A DNA stretch of 64,000 bases. Origin: Lingula anatina. Taxonomy: Eukaryota; Animalia; Brachiopoda. The stretch is from contig CM120642.1 of assembly GCA_051362555.1 (NCBI GenBank), positions 4,464,001-4,528,000 on the forward strand, given 5' to 3'. The notes beneath the pieces are model-generated. The model made no database searches, had not been told where the DNA came from, and saw only the letters and a list, made by a program, of their open reading frames with translations. Made by a program: the position numbers and the translations under genes. Positions 1 to 8,992 of the stretch are shown piece after piece; within the stretch, counting starts at the first letter, position 1, and every line of letters starts with the position of its first letter.

Positions 1-3000
1 TCTCATTTTGGCTAAGTATTTTTTGTCTGAGCTTGTGGCGTTCATTTTTAAGTAATTTTCAAGATCGTATGAGTTTTTTATTTTTCGATATGTACGCAGT
101 TTATTGTGGTTCTCCTTGTTCAATTCTTTCCAAAAAAGGTCTTCGATTTTTAGATTAATTTCTTTTTCTAGGTCTGATGTTTCATCCCAATGTTGAATTC
201 CCCAATTCTGTCTAAATGCCGCCACTGTTTTAGTCCAATTATCTATTTTCAGGAGTTTTTCTTCGCTAAATGTTTGTTTCAGTATTCTTGTATTCGGGAG
301 ATTTTTAAGTCTGGTGTGGTATTTTTGCATGGATTTAATTATATCTGTAAGGATTGGGTATCTACCCAATTCTGCTCTGCAGGCATTATTACTGGCAGTT
401 TTTCTCACTCCTAATACCCATTTGCACATTTTTAGGTGAATTTGCTCGAAGGACGTGTTATTGATTTTATCTAGGCTTAGTGATTTTTCTTTGAGAATTT
501 CCTGACCCCATACCTCGCTACCATATAGTAAAATTGGTTTTACAGTTTTATCAAATAGTTTCATTTGTAATAGTGGATTAGATATGTTTTGGGAGGATAA
601 AGTGCTTTTAAGCGCAAACATGGCCTTCATTGCTTTTTGTTTTAGATTGTGTATTGCTTTCTTGAGGTTACCTGTATTGGTGAAGGTGATACCTAGATAA
701 GTATATTCTGTAACGTTTTCCAGGATATTTTCATTTATTGTGAATTTTAGGTGCTGTTCTGTTTTTCCAGCTTTGTTGAAAATTAATATTTTGCACTTTT
801 TCTCGTTTACCTGGAGCTGCCATTTTTTGCAGTATTTTTCAAGGCGTGACAATGATTTTTGCAGGCCATCACTTGTTTCTGAGAGTAGTACCAGGTCATC
901 AGCATACAGTATATGAAATAGTCTTTCATCGCCATTTGGGTTTAGGGCAGTTTTCACATCATCAATAAAAATGTTAAAAAGGACTGGACTTAGATTGTCG
1001 CCTTGCTTAATTCCCAATTTAGAATAAAATGGTTCTGTGTATCCTTCCCCAACCGATATCCCTAGTTTTGTTTGACTGTACATTGCTTTGATTAATTTGT
1101 AAAATTTTCCCCCAATACCCAGTTTTAGTAGTTTGTACATTAGACCTTTGTGCCAAACAGTGTCAAAAGCCTTTTTAAAGTCAATAAAACATGCATAAAG
1201 ACGCTTGTTTTGGTTTACGTATCTATTAACTAAAGATTTTAAGGTAAAAATGTGGTCTGTTGTGCGGTATCCTGGCCTAAAACCAGCTTGCTCTTCACTG
1301 AGTAGATGTTCATTCTGCAAATAGTCAGTCAGTCTCTTACAGAGTATTGAGTTAAACAGTTTCCCCAGACAACTGGTGATGCACAGTCCTCGATAATTTG
1401 ATGGATTCATATGTTCACCACTTTTATGGATAGGTATGATGATGCCAAGGTTCCAAGTGTCGGGAATTTCAGTGGTATTGAGGATAAGATTAAAGATCTT
1501 TGTGATAACAATTGCTAGGTACTGGGTTCCTACTTTAAGCATTTCATTCTTAATTGCATCTTCCCCAGCTGCTTTCCCACTTTTAAGCTTTTTCAGGGCA
1601 TTTTTCACTTCATGACATGTTATTGCACTGTCTAGTATTGGAATACCCTCTTGTCTTTCCATCTCTTTTAACGGGGCATCGATTATGTTGTTTTCTTTTG
1701 GGGCAATCCCACAAAGCTGGTGAAAGTGTTTAAGCCAAATGTCTGGACTAATTAAGTTGTGCCTGGTTTCTTTTTCTTTCAGGTTTTTAAAAACTTCCCA
1801 GAATTCTTTAGGGTTTTTCTCTTCGTTTTCGAGTAATCTTTTAAGTAGAAAATCTTTGTGCTCCCGTTTTTTACGCTTAATTAGTTGCTTATATTTTCTA
1901 GAGGCTTCATGGTAGGTGTGGGCAACAAAGTTGTTTCCTGGGTTGTTCTGTAGCAATTTCCCAAGGTGCTTTATATTGCGCCTGATTTCGGCACATGTGC
2001 CGTCAAACCAGGGGTGTTTTTTCACTCGTTTTGTCTTATTAGTTCCATTTCTAGGAGGCTTTCTCTTTGCCAGTGATTTATTAGCCGCATTACAAAGAAT
2101 ATTTTGGAGTTCATTACAAGCTTTGTTCACTCCTTCTTTAGTGTTAGGGAAGTGGGTGCATTGGAGTTTGCTAATTTCATTGATCGATTCATCATCTTCT
2201 AGAGCGTTTAAAAATTTTTCAGGCGAGTCTGGTTTCCAAATGTACTGCTCGTTGAATCTGTGAACTGTTGTTGAGATAGCAGATTTTTGTATGACATTAG
2301 TACGTATTGATAGTTCTAGCAGGCAGTGATCAGATAAATAATCAATGGGGTGTATTGTGAAAAAATTTACATCGCTAAGCAGCCCATCACTCACAATAGC
2401 ATAGTCTACAGTGCTGCAGCCCTGTCTGTTATAACATGTAAAATAGCCTAGGGAGTTTCCTATTGTTCTCCCATTCAATATTTTCATGCTACTTGCAATA
2501 CATAAATCTACCAAAGTTCTCCCCTGGGGGTTGATAACCGAATCTAAGTTGTTTCTTTGAAGGCAGATTCTACTTGTGTTGGGCTTGTTTGGTATCATTG
2601 CACTAGGTGTATTTTCACAAACAGTAGTGTCTTGTAAATTTCCAGTCCTTGCATTGAAATCCCCTAACAAGCAAACTGTGCCAGAAGGTGCATACGCAGC
2701 TATCTCACTCTCTAAAATTTCAAAGGTACTTTCATCCAGTGCTCCGTTACTGGGCTTAACATACACGGCGCACAGGTATAAATCTTGCTGGAGTCCAAAG
2801 CTTTGGCTAGAGAGTCTTACCCACAGTATGTTTTCACTTTTGCTTTCTAACATTTCAACTGCCCCACTATATTCCTTTTTATAATAAACTACAATACCGC
2901 CAGAGGGTCTTCCCTTAACTTTTCTTTTTTTCCTCAGTTTTTGAAAGTGCCCATGTGTGCCTGTGGGTAACACTACTTTGGAACGCTCTGTGCTAAAGGT

Positions 3001-3213
3001 TTCTATACATGCAAATATATCATACTTTTGTACTATAGAGATAAAATTGTCATCTGAAAGTTTGTTTGCGAGGCCCCTGATATTTCTCATACCTATGTGT
3101 AACATATTTCTTGGTACAAGTAGGTCTCGGTGTTTGACTGACTTAATCACATGGTTGACCATATACAAAGATTCTACAATCTCATGCCAAATGTATAACA
3201 CAGGCTTTTTCAT
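1..3213 (-). CDS. LINE ORF2: apurinic-like endonuclease + reverse transcriptase (partial, open at window edge)
   Basis: The first ATG after an in-frame stop is at 3213 (others at 3162 and 3105). APE motifs RNIRGL, ACIET, GDFNAR, STVDYAIV and SDHC are present, as are RT motifs QAGFRPG, FIDFKKAFDTV, QGDNLSP, LYADDL (892-909, same frame) and YLGI. The ORF track lists no minus-strand fragments here, consistent with one unbroken frame. Confidence 0.93.
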   Translation of the reverse strand, partial: MKKPVLYIWHEIVESLYMVNHVIKSVKHRDLLVPRNMLHIGMRNIRGLANKLSDDNFISIVQKYDIFACIETFSTERSKVVLPTGTHGHFQKLRKKRKVKGRPSGGIVVYYKKEYSGAVEMLESKSENILWVRLSSQSFGLQQDLYLCAVYVKPSNGALDESTFEILESEIAAYAPSGTVCLLGDFNARTGNLQDTTVCENTPSAMIPNKPNTSRICLQRNNLDSVINPQGRTLVDLCIASSMKILNGRTIGNSLGYFTCYNRQGCSTVDYAIVSDGLLSDVNFFTIHPIDYLSDHCLLELSIRTNVIQKSAISTTVHRFNEQYIWKPDSPEKFLNALEDDESINEISKLQCTHFPNTKEGVNKACNELQNILCNAANKSLAKRKPPRNGTNKTKRVKKHPWFDGTCAEIRRNIKHLGKLLQNNPGNNFVAHTYHEASRKYKQLIKRKKREHKDFLLKRLLENEEKNPKEFWEVFKNLKEKETRHNLISPDIWLKHFHQLCGIAPKENNIIDAPLKEMERQEGIPILDSAITCHEVKNALKKLKSGKAAGEDAIKNEMLKVGTQYLAIVITKIFNLILNTTEIPDTWNLGIIIPIHKSGEHMNPSNYRGLCITSCLGKLFNSILCKRLTDYLQNEHLLSEEQAGFRPGYRTTDHIFTLKSLVNRYVNQNKRLYACFIDFKKAFDTVWHKGLMYKLLKLGIGGKFYKLIKAMYSQTKLGISVGEGYTEPFYSKLGIKQGDNLSPVLFNIFIDDVKTALNPNGDERLFHILYADDLVLLSETSDGLQKSLSRLEKYCKKWQLQVNEKKCKILIFNKAGKTEQHLKFTINENILENVTEYTYLGITFTNTGNLKKAIHNLKQKAMKAMFALKSTLSSQNISNPLLQMKLFDKTVKPILLYGSEVWGQEILKEKSLSLDKINNTSFEQIHLKMCKWVLGVRKTASNNACRAELGRYPILTDIIKSMQKYHTRLKNLPNTRILKQTFSEEKLLKIDNWTKTVAAFRQNWGIQHWDETSDLEKEINLKIEDLFWKELNKENHNKLRTYRKIKNSYDLENYLKMNATSSDKKYLAKMR

Positions 3214-3510
3214 ATGTACACGACTTTACGCAACCTTTTCAAAGGAATTACTTATTCACTGTATTTTTAATTTTCCCTATTTTCAAAGTAAGCAGTCTTT
3301 GCACTATAGGTGAGTTCAGAATACTATCTATTTTTCTCTATGAACCATATTAGGAGAGAGGTAGTTTTACTTACAGTTTTCCATTGCCTCTCATTTATTT
3401 AGTACTTAATCTTCATGGCATCAGGTATAACTTAAATTTTCTGTTACTTACATTCTGCTTGTTGTTACTTCAGCCATTTGATCATAGCATATAGCAGCAT
3501 GAGACAGTCT

Positions 3511-5700
3511 TTACCTCAATTTGCTTTGTAATTTGTTTAAGCAGTCACACAGTGTTCGTAGTTCATTTTGAATATCACTGTCTTGATTTCTGCCTGGTTG
3601 CATATAAGGTCCACGGTGTACTCCACTAGTGCCTCTTGGGGGGAGTTGGTTACGGTGGGTCCTCTGGCCATTTTGAGAGTGCTGGGGGGTCCTTGTGTGT
3701 GATGGTAGATCCCTTGGTGTTGATGTAGTTGGGGCATGTGTGTATCTGGCCTGACCAGTTACAGTTTTAATGTTACAGGCAAGTAATGTTGTGCCTTTTT
3801 GGTTAAGGTGTATTCCATCTCCCACAAAGAGGTCCCTTCTGCTGTAAATATTGTCGTTTTCCATGTATATCACATTTGCTTGGGTGGCACAATACTCCCT
3901 GATGAGTTTGTTTGTTTCCTGCGCTTTTTGGTTAAAAGCCCAGTTATTCCACCTGGGTAGAATGCTGCTGACAATAATGGTGGTATCCTTATATCTCCTG
4001 CGTGTAGTGGTGAGTAGCTCCTTGTTTATATTCAGGATATCTTGTGGCTGTTGTCCGCTGCTAACATCATTTGACCCAATTACAAAAGTAATTGTTTTTG
4101 GCTGACCAAAGTCATTCTGTGCTATGACTGTTTTGGCATCTTTGGTTTGTTTGCCTCTCATTGCGATACATTTGCTTTTCGTGCGAGGAAATAGTTTCTG
4201 AGGGACGAGTCCTTTCCCGATTGAGCCCGAGATGACTATGTTTTCCCATGTTGTATTTCGCCTCGTCTGGCTTTCATTTGGCTCATTTTCAATTGTCCCT
4301 GTGCCCCTGCTTTCTGATTCAGTCATATCCAATCTGCTGTCATATGTGTCCTGGGTAGGCTCAGGTGTGACTTCAATTGTGAGGGGTGTTACTAGGGGTC
4401 TATTGTTATCAGGTTCTGTGACTGGAATGGCACTGCTTTCTGATTCATTCATCCCCAGTCTGCTGTCGTTTGTGTCCTGGGTAGGCTCAGGTGCGACTTC
4501 AATTGTGGGGGGTGTTACTAGGGGTCTGGTGTTGTCAGGTTCTGTGACTGAAGTGGCACTGGTGATGTTGATGTTATCATCTTGGTGGTCATCCGCTGTG
4601 CACTGAGTGTTTTTATCTATTTTAACTATTGGAGATGGCTTGCACAATTCCTCATATTGTGTGCTTTTGTCTATGTTTGCAGATGAATCACATTGTACTG
4701 CCACTTCAGCGCTCCTTTTGTTAGCAGAGGACACCTGTGTGCGCAAGCTGTCCATTTCTGTTGCCAGCTTAGCTACTTGACTTGTTAACAGTGTTAATTG
4801 TTTTAACACCTCATTGTGATTTGCAGATACTATCTCCAAGACTGCCTCCTTGTTGTTGGTTTTGGTTTCCTGTCTTTTGAAGTCAGTTGTTTGTAGTAGA
4901 ATCTGAGTGTACTGGTTTTCTACCGCCTGCAATGTTTCCTGCATTCTGTTTATGTCCCTGTCTCTCCTCATCTCCTTTAAGTTTGTACAGTTTTTAGTTT
5001 TGAAGCCTTTAGGTGAGGTTTGGGAAACTCTTCTTGATTTAAACCCTAGTTTTGGTGTGGTTTGTCCTGTGTCAGGGTGCTCTGGTGTGGAGACTTTTGC
5101 TGTTTCATTGTTAGTTTCTTCACAGTACTCCATTGAAGTTTCTCTGATCTTGTTACTTGGTTGCACTGTCTTGGGTGATGAAATCAATAAAGCGATTTTT
5201 GGGTAATCATGGGCTAACCATAGGATATATCCGGCCCCCTGCACATGAATTTTCTTTGATTTGGCTGTGTGGTAGAAGGTTAAAGAAATTCCTCCTAGGT
5301 TTACTCCTTTTGGGCTGCTGTACTGGAATTTTAGCTGACGTCCAGTGCCTGCGTTCACCTCGTAGTCTTCTGATGGAATATGGTACTGACGACATGCTTC
5401 TAACCATCTCTTCACCACATTTACTGTGCTCATTGCTACTGTGGCACATTGGCTATTGTGGGTAACTGCCTCGACGTTAGGGCCAAAATACTGCTCTGAA
5501 TAGTCATAGTCACTTTCAATACCCATGTCTGAGTCATATTTCTTTCTGTTAACTGGGTTGATAAGCGTGAAATAAGCCTCACTTACTAGTTGGAGTGAAT
5601 CTTTGCCATTAGGTTCATTGATCTTTGAGATGTAGGCCTCCCTAATCTCCTCACTTTTGCAGCTTTTGTCCACTCCAAGTACAGTGTAGAGGTCCTCCAT
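3511..5700 (-). CDS. LINE ORF1p, 729 aa: J-domain-like N-terminus, coiled coil, Pro/Thr repeats, SGNH-esterase-like domain
   Basis: DLYTVLGV..SEEIREAY..SEAYFTLINPVNRKKYD is DnaJ-like. The heptad region is LKQLTLLTSQVAKLATEMDSLRTQV. SGNH blocks are ISGSI, IGSNDV, VSSILPR and DGIHLN. Confidence 0.88.
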   Translation of the reverse strand: MEDLYTVLGVDKSCKSEEIREAYISKINEPNGKDSLQLVSEAYFTLINPVNRKKYDSDMGIESDYDYSEQYFGPNVEAVTHNSQCATVAMSTVNVVKRWLEACRQYHIPSEDYEVNAGTGRQLKFQYSSPKGVNLGGISLTFYHTAKSKKIHVQGAGYILWLAHDYPKIALLISSPKTVQPSNKIRETSMEYCEETNNETAKVSTPEHPDTGQTTPKLGFKSRRVSQTSPKGFKTKNCTNLKEMRRDRDINRMQETLQAVENQYTQILLQTTDFKRQETKTNNKEAVLEIVSANHNEVLKQLTLLTSQVAKLATEMDSLRTQVSSANKRSAEVAVQCDSSANIDKSTQYEELCKPSPIVKIDKNTQCTADDHQDDNINITSATSVTEPDNTRPLVTPPTIEVAPEPTQDTNDSRLGMNESESSAIPVTEPDNNRPLVTPLTIEVTPEPTQDTYDSRLDMTESESRGTGTIENEPNESQTRRNTTWENIVISGSIGKGLVPQKLFPRTKSKCIAMRGKQTKDAKTVIAQNDFGQPKTITFVIGSNDVSSGQQPQDILNINKELLTTTRRRYKDTTIIVSSILPRWNNWAFNQKAQETNKLIREYCATQANVIYMENDNIYSRRDLFVGDGIHLNQKGTTLLACNIKTVTGQARYTHAPTTSTPRDLPSHTRTPQHSQNGQRTHRNQLPPRGTSGVHRGPYMQPGRNQDSDIQNELRTLCDCLNKLQSKLR
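4307..4552 (-). repeat. Two-copy 126-bp (42-aa) in-frame repeat inside ORF1
   Basis: VTEPDNTRPLVTPPTIEVAPEPTQDTNDSRLGMNESES versus VTEPDNNRPLVTPLTIEVTPEPTQDTYDSRLDMTESES. Confidence 0.9.
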
Positions 5701-5900
5701 ATTGTCTCTCTTTACTCTTCTATGCCTGCCACTTTATAATTCAATGTTTTCTCAGTATCCTGATTCTTTTTTGCTATGAAATATTCTCTTGGTGTTCAGT
5801 CTTACTTTAGATGGATGTTCATCCTGTTATAGTTGATCTTGCATTTATGGTAACCAGTGATTATGTGAATCAATCAGAGACCTTTAAACACATGTCCTGT

Positions 5901-5916
5901 GCCGGCGGCCATCTTT
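5901..5916 (-). promoter_or_regulatory. YY1-like motif at the putative LINE 5' end (internal promoter)
   Basis: The minus strand reads AAGATGGCCGCCGGC, close to the YY1 consensus AANATGGCGGC seen at LINE 5' termini. Confidence 0.4.
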
Positions 5917-6566
5917 TCTTTTGAAAAGCTAGATTTACTGTGATTACATAAGACGTCTTCAGTTACTGAGCGATGTTGATATTGTATGGAAAAGGGAAAG
6001 AAGGAAATGGGTTGTGAAAAGGGATTACATAAAATGACCGCAATGCCAGTTCGTAGAAGCCCAACGTCCTGGACTCAAAACCATATCACCAGTTGGCATT
6101 ATTCCTACGGCTGCATATATATTTCTCGATTAAATTCACAAATGTAGTTTTAACAAGGATACATTGTCGGGGAGCTAATGAATCCACTACTTCTACTACT
6201 GATACCATAACATTGATCGATTTGAAGTGTTAAAATTTTACTACGTGAGCATTTTTTTAATGGGAGCTACGATTGTTAGTAATACCTCGACCATGAAAAA
6301 TATTTATAAGAGAGACAAATGTATTGATTAAGACTTTGTTGCAGTTAGTGATACAGAGGCGGTCTTTTAGAGTTAAAAAATCTCAAATATTTTACTTAAA
6401 AAGACTTGTGAAACAGTTTTTTCTATTACGGACTTATATGGAATATTTCAATCCGATATATCTTAAATTGGCAGTGGAGATTTTGAACCTAAGGTACATG
6501 CAGTAACGTATAAAGTTTTAATTCATATTTTTTATTAAAATTCCTAATCCTTAATATCTTTTCCAG

Positions 6567-7888
6567 AGCGCGAGCTGAGGTATTGATCCCACACTTGGCC
6601 AACACTCAAGTATGGCAGATCGGCTGGATACAAGCCTGTGATAAAATGGAGTTCATCAACACTTACGGAGAGGATGGACAGTAAGTCGCAATTTAGCTGT
6701 CTAATTTATTTTTTCTTCCCATGGGGCGGCCCAAATCAGTCTCAATTTTTTTACACTGAGTTTCAGAGTTTTCATGGGTTGTTTAGCCGAATGGAGCGGA
6801 AGAAAAAAGGGGATCGTTTTCTCTCGCTTCTCCGCCTACATGTATATGTATAACGTTATCACTGTTATGGCAAATGTGAAATATGCCTAGGTACAAAAGT
6901 TCACCGATGCTAAAATAAATTATCGTAGAGATAATTTATATGATACATAATGTATAAATTTATATATGTTGTACTGATAGGCATACATGTATGATAGTCC
7001 GGGTGATAAATTATACAAGTTAAATCAGCAGGTCGTTTCCCAGACCTTTTTTGTCGCTGTTGTATACACAGGCATATTGATTAATTTATGAATTGATTTA
7101 TTTCGATTTGCAGTACTTCTTGGGAATTTCCAGAATTGATCTCCGGCAAACAGAAGATGATCAGTGATTCAGACGGGACCCACTACCCCTGGTACGGGTC
7201 CAGAACTGAGGTGAAAACTGTGCACGGCCCCTGCCACATGAAGCGCGTGACAGTGAGTGTCAGCGACAATTTCTACCCAAAGATCACGTGGAAAATACCG
7301 CTGTTGCCAGAAAAAAGCGCATACCTCACGCGGGTGTCACGTGACCAGAGTTTCTACACTTGGCTCGTCGCCAAAAACTTGATTGCTAACCGCATATATG
7401 TATTGAAAACCATACGATGGGAAATGTCGCTGGATATTAAAGTGGATGTTACCAAGTCCATAGGAAAGAGAGCAACATTAGTGGGCCCAATGACTCAAAA
7501 GCAGCCGGAAATTCTGGAAAATGACGTTGCTATTCCGGCGAATGCTCTCCTAGAGCCAAACGCTAACAGTGCCCAGCGGCTGGTATGGCGGGGTACGGAT
7601 GGAGGGTTTTCGGTCATTGTCCCGCCAAGGTTGAGGAACTATAAGTGCCCGCCTGACTGTCTCATCTGCTGCACTCAAGGAACGTCAACGGACAGAATTC
7701 AAACTGAAATGAAAAATAAAGCAGTTCAGATAGAGGTGGAGGAACATGCCCCTCGAGCCCCTACGAGTGATGTGAATGGCAACACGGCGCCGACAGATGT
7801 ACCAAAAATCACATCTATCCCAACTGGTGAATCGGTAAATCCGCCCAGTAAGAAGTTATCTCGATCACCTATTTCAAACAGCGGTTGA
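6567..7888 (+). CDS. FAM78: FAM78 family protein, last two coding exons (6567-6680, 7114-7888); earlier exon(s) upstream of window
   Basis: The spliced reading ..WQIGWIQACDKMEFINTYGEDG|HTSWEFPEL..ISDSDGTHYPWYG..DNFYPKITW..RDQSFYTWLVA..PNANSAQRLVWR matches FAM78A/B. Splice sites are canonical AG/GT with consistent phase 2. Confidence 0.92.
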
Positions 7889-8992
7889 TGAATTTTAATG
7901 TCAAGTTGACGAACCATTTCTTGGTATGCCGCACATAACGGATATTGACTGAGCTTTTTTAAAATGTTATCAATTGTTGCTGTGATATAAAGCGTGTTAT
8001 ACAAGAGCCATATTTATTTAAAGTGATCAGGAAAAAAGTGCCATGAATTTTGTCCCCAAGACATTGATTTATATCACAGTACTTAACATAAATTGCGACG
8101 TTTTATTGACAGTGCAAGGCCAACACAGTATTTGCATTCATTTTGGACCAAACTTACAGATATGCACAAATTTATGTATATCACCTCTTTTAGTATTTAT
8201 GTGTCAAAGGAATCGTCCCATAGTTTTATTGTACAGGCAATCACGGACTGGTCACCCAAAGATGGTTGGTTGTTGGGTGCCATTGGTTTATTTACACTGT
8301 CATACGTAAATTCCGTCAACATGCAACATTCCAATTACAATCATCGTTTTTTTACGTTTTTACATTTGCTGTTTGTATTGTCCTTAATGTGTTACAAATG
8401 TGTTTGTAATACAGAAAATATTATTACCTGTTACTAAAATCAGATCATTGTTACATGCATCAATTAAAGAGAGTTTGTGTTTTATTAGCAATTGGCAAAT
8501 ATGTTTTTTCATCAATCATGTGACTCATGCGCTGGTTTAAAGACAATCCAAAGATAATTCCAGTTTGCTTTTGGAAAGTCCTGTAGTAATTTAAGCGTGA
8601 CAACCCTCATGGAGTTGTTTCTAATTTTACATTAGCCCGTTAAAAAAGATTTAAAAAAACTATGGTTTCCATCTTTAAAAAAAATTAATCATTTTCTAAT
8701 TAGATTTCATTTATTTATTTATTTATTTATTTATTTATTTGTTTATTTATTTATTAATAAGAATGAGACAAGAAATATCAACAACGTTAGTCGAAACAAG
8801 GTTTTACCTGCATGGTATTCCAATAGATACCAGTAATGCACTTATTACCAGCTTTCAATTTCTCTCCTTTGTTATTTCAATTACTCCTGAAAATAGTTTT
8901 CTGTTCGGTGAAATGGCATACTGTTTCATTCAACCAGACATATAAAACAAAAAGTCGCGTGAATTTATATCGCCATGCATCACCGGATATAG

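Larger units (their letters stand above)
1..5920 (-). mobile_element. Non-LTR retrotransposon (LINE; CR1/L2/RTEX-like, esterase-type ORF1), 3' end beyond window
   Basis: About 220-nt 5' UTR, ORF1 (5700-3511), ~300-nt spacer and an APE-RT ORF2 running off position 1. The 5' boundary is approximate, placed at AAGATGGCCGCC near 5915. Confidence 0.93.

Noticed and set aside
3214-3515. Possible ORF1-ORF2 splice using AG|GTAAAG over the ORF1 stop
   Set aside because: The donor is weak, no convincing in-frame acceptor was identified, and it cannot be supported without transcripts.
190-5465. Plus-strand ORFs over the LINE
   Set aside because: They are antisense shadows of ORF1 and ORF2 with no recognisable motifs.
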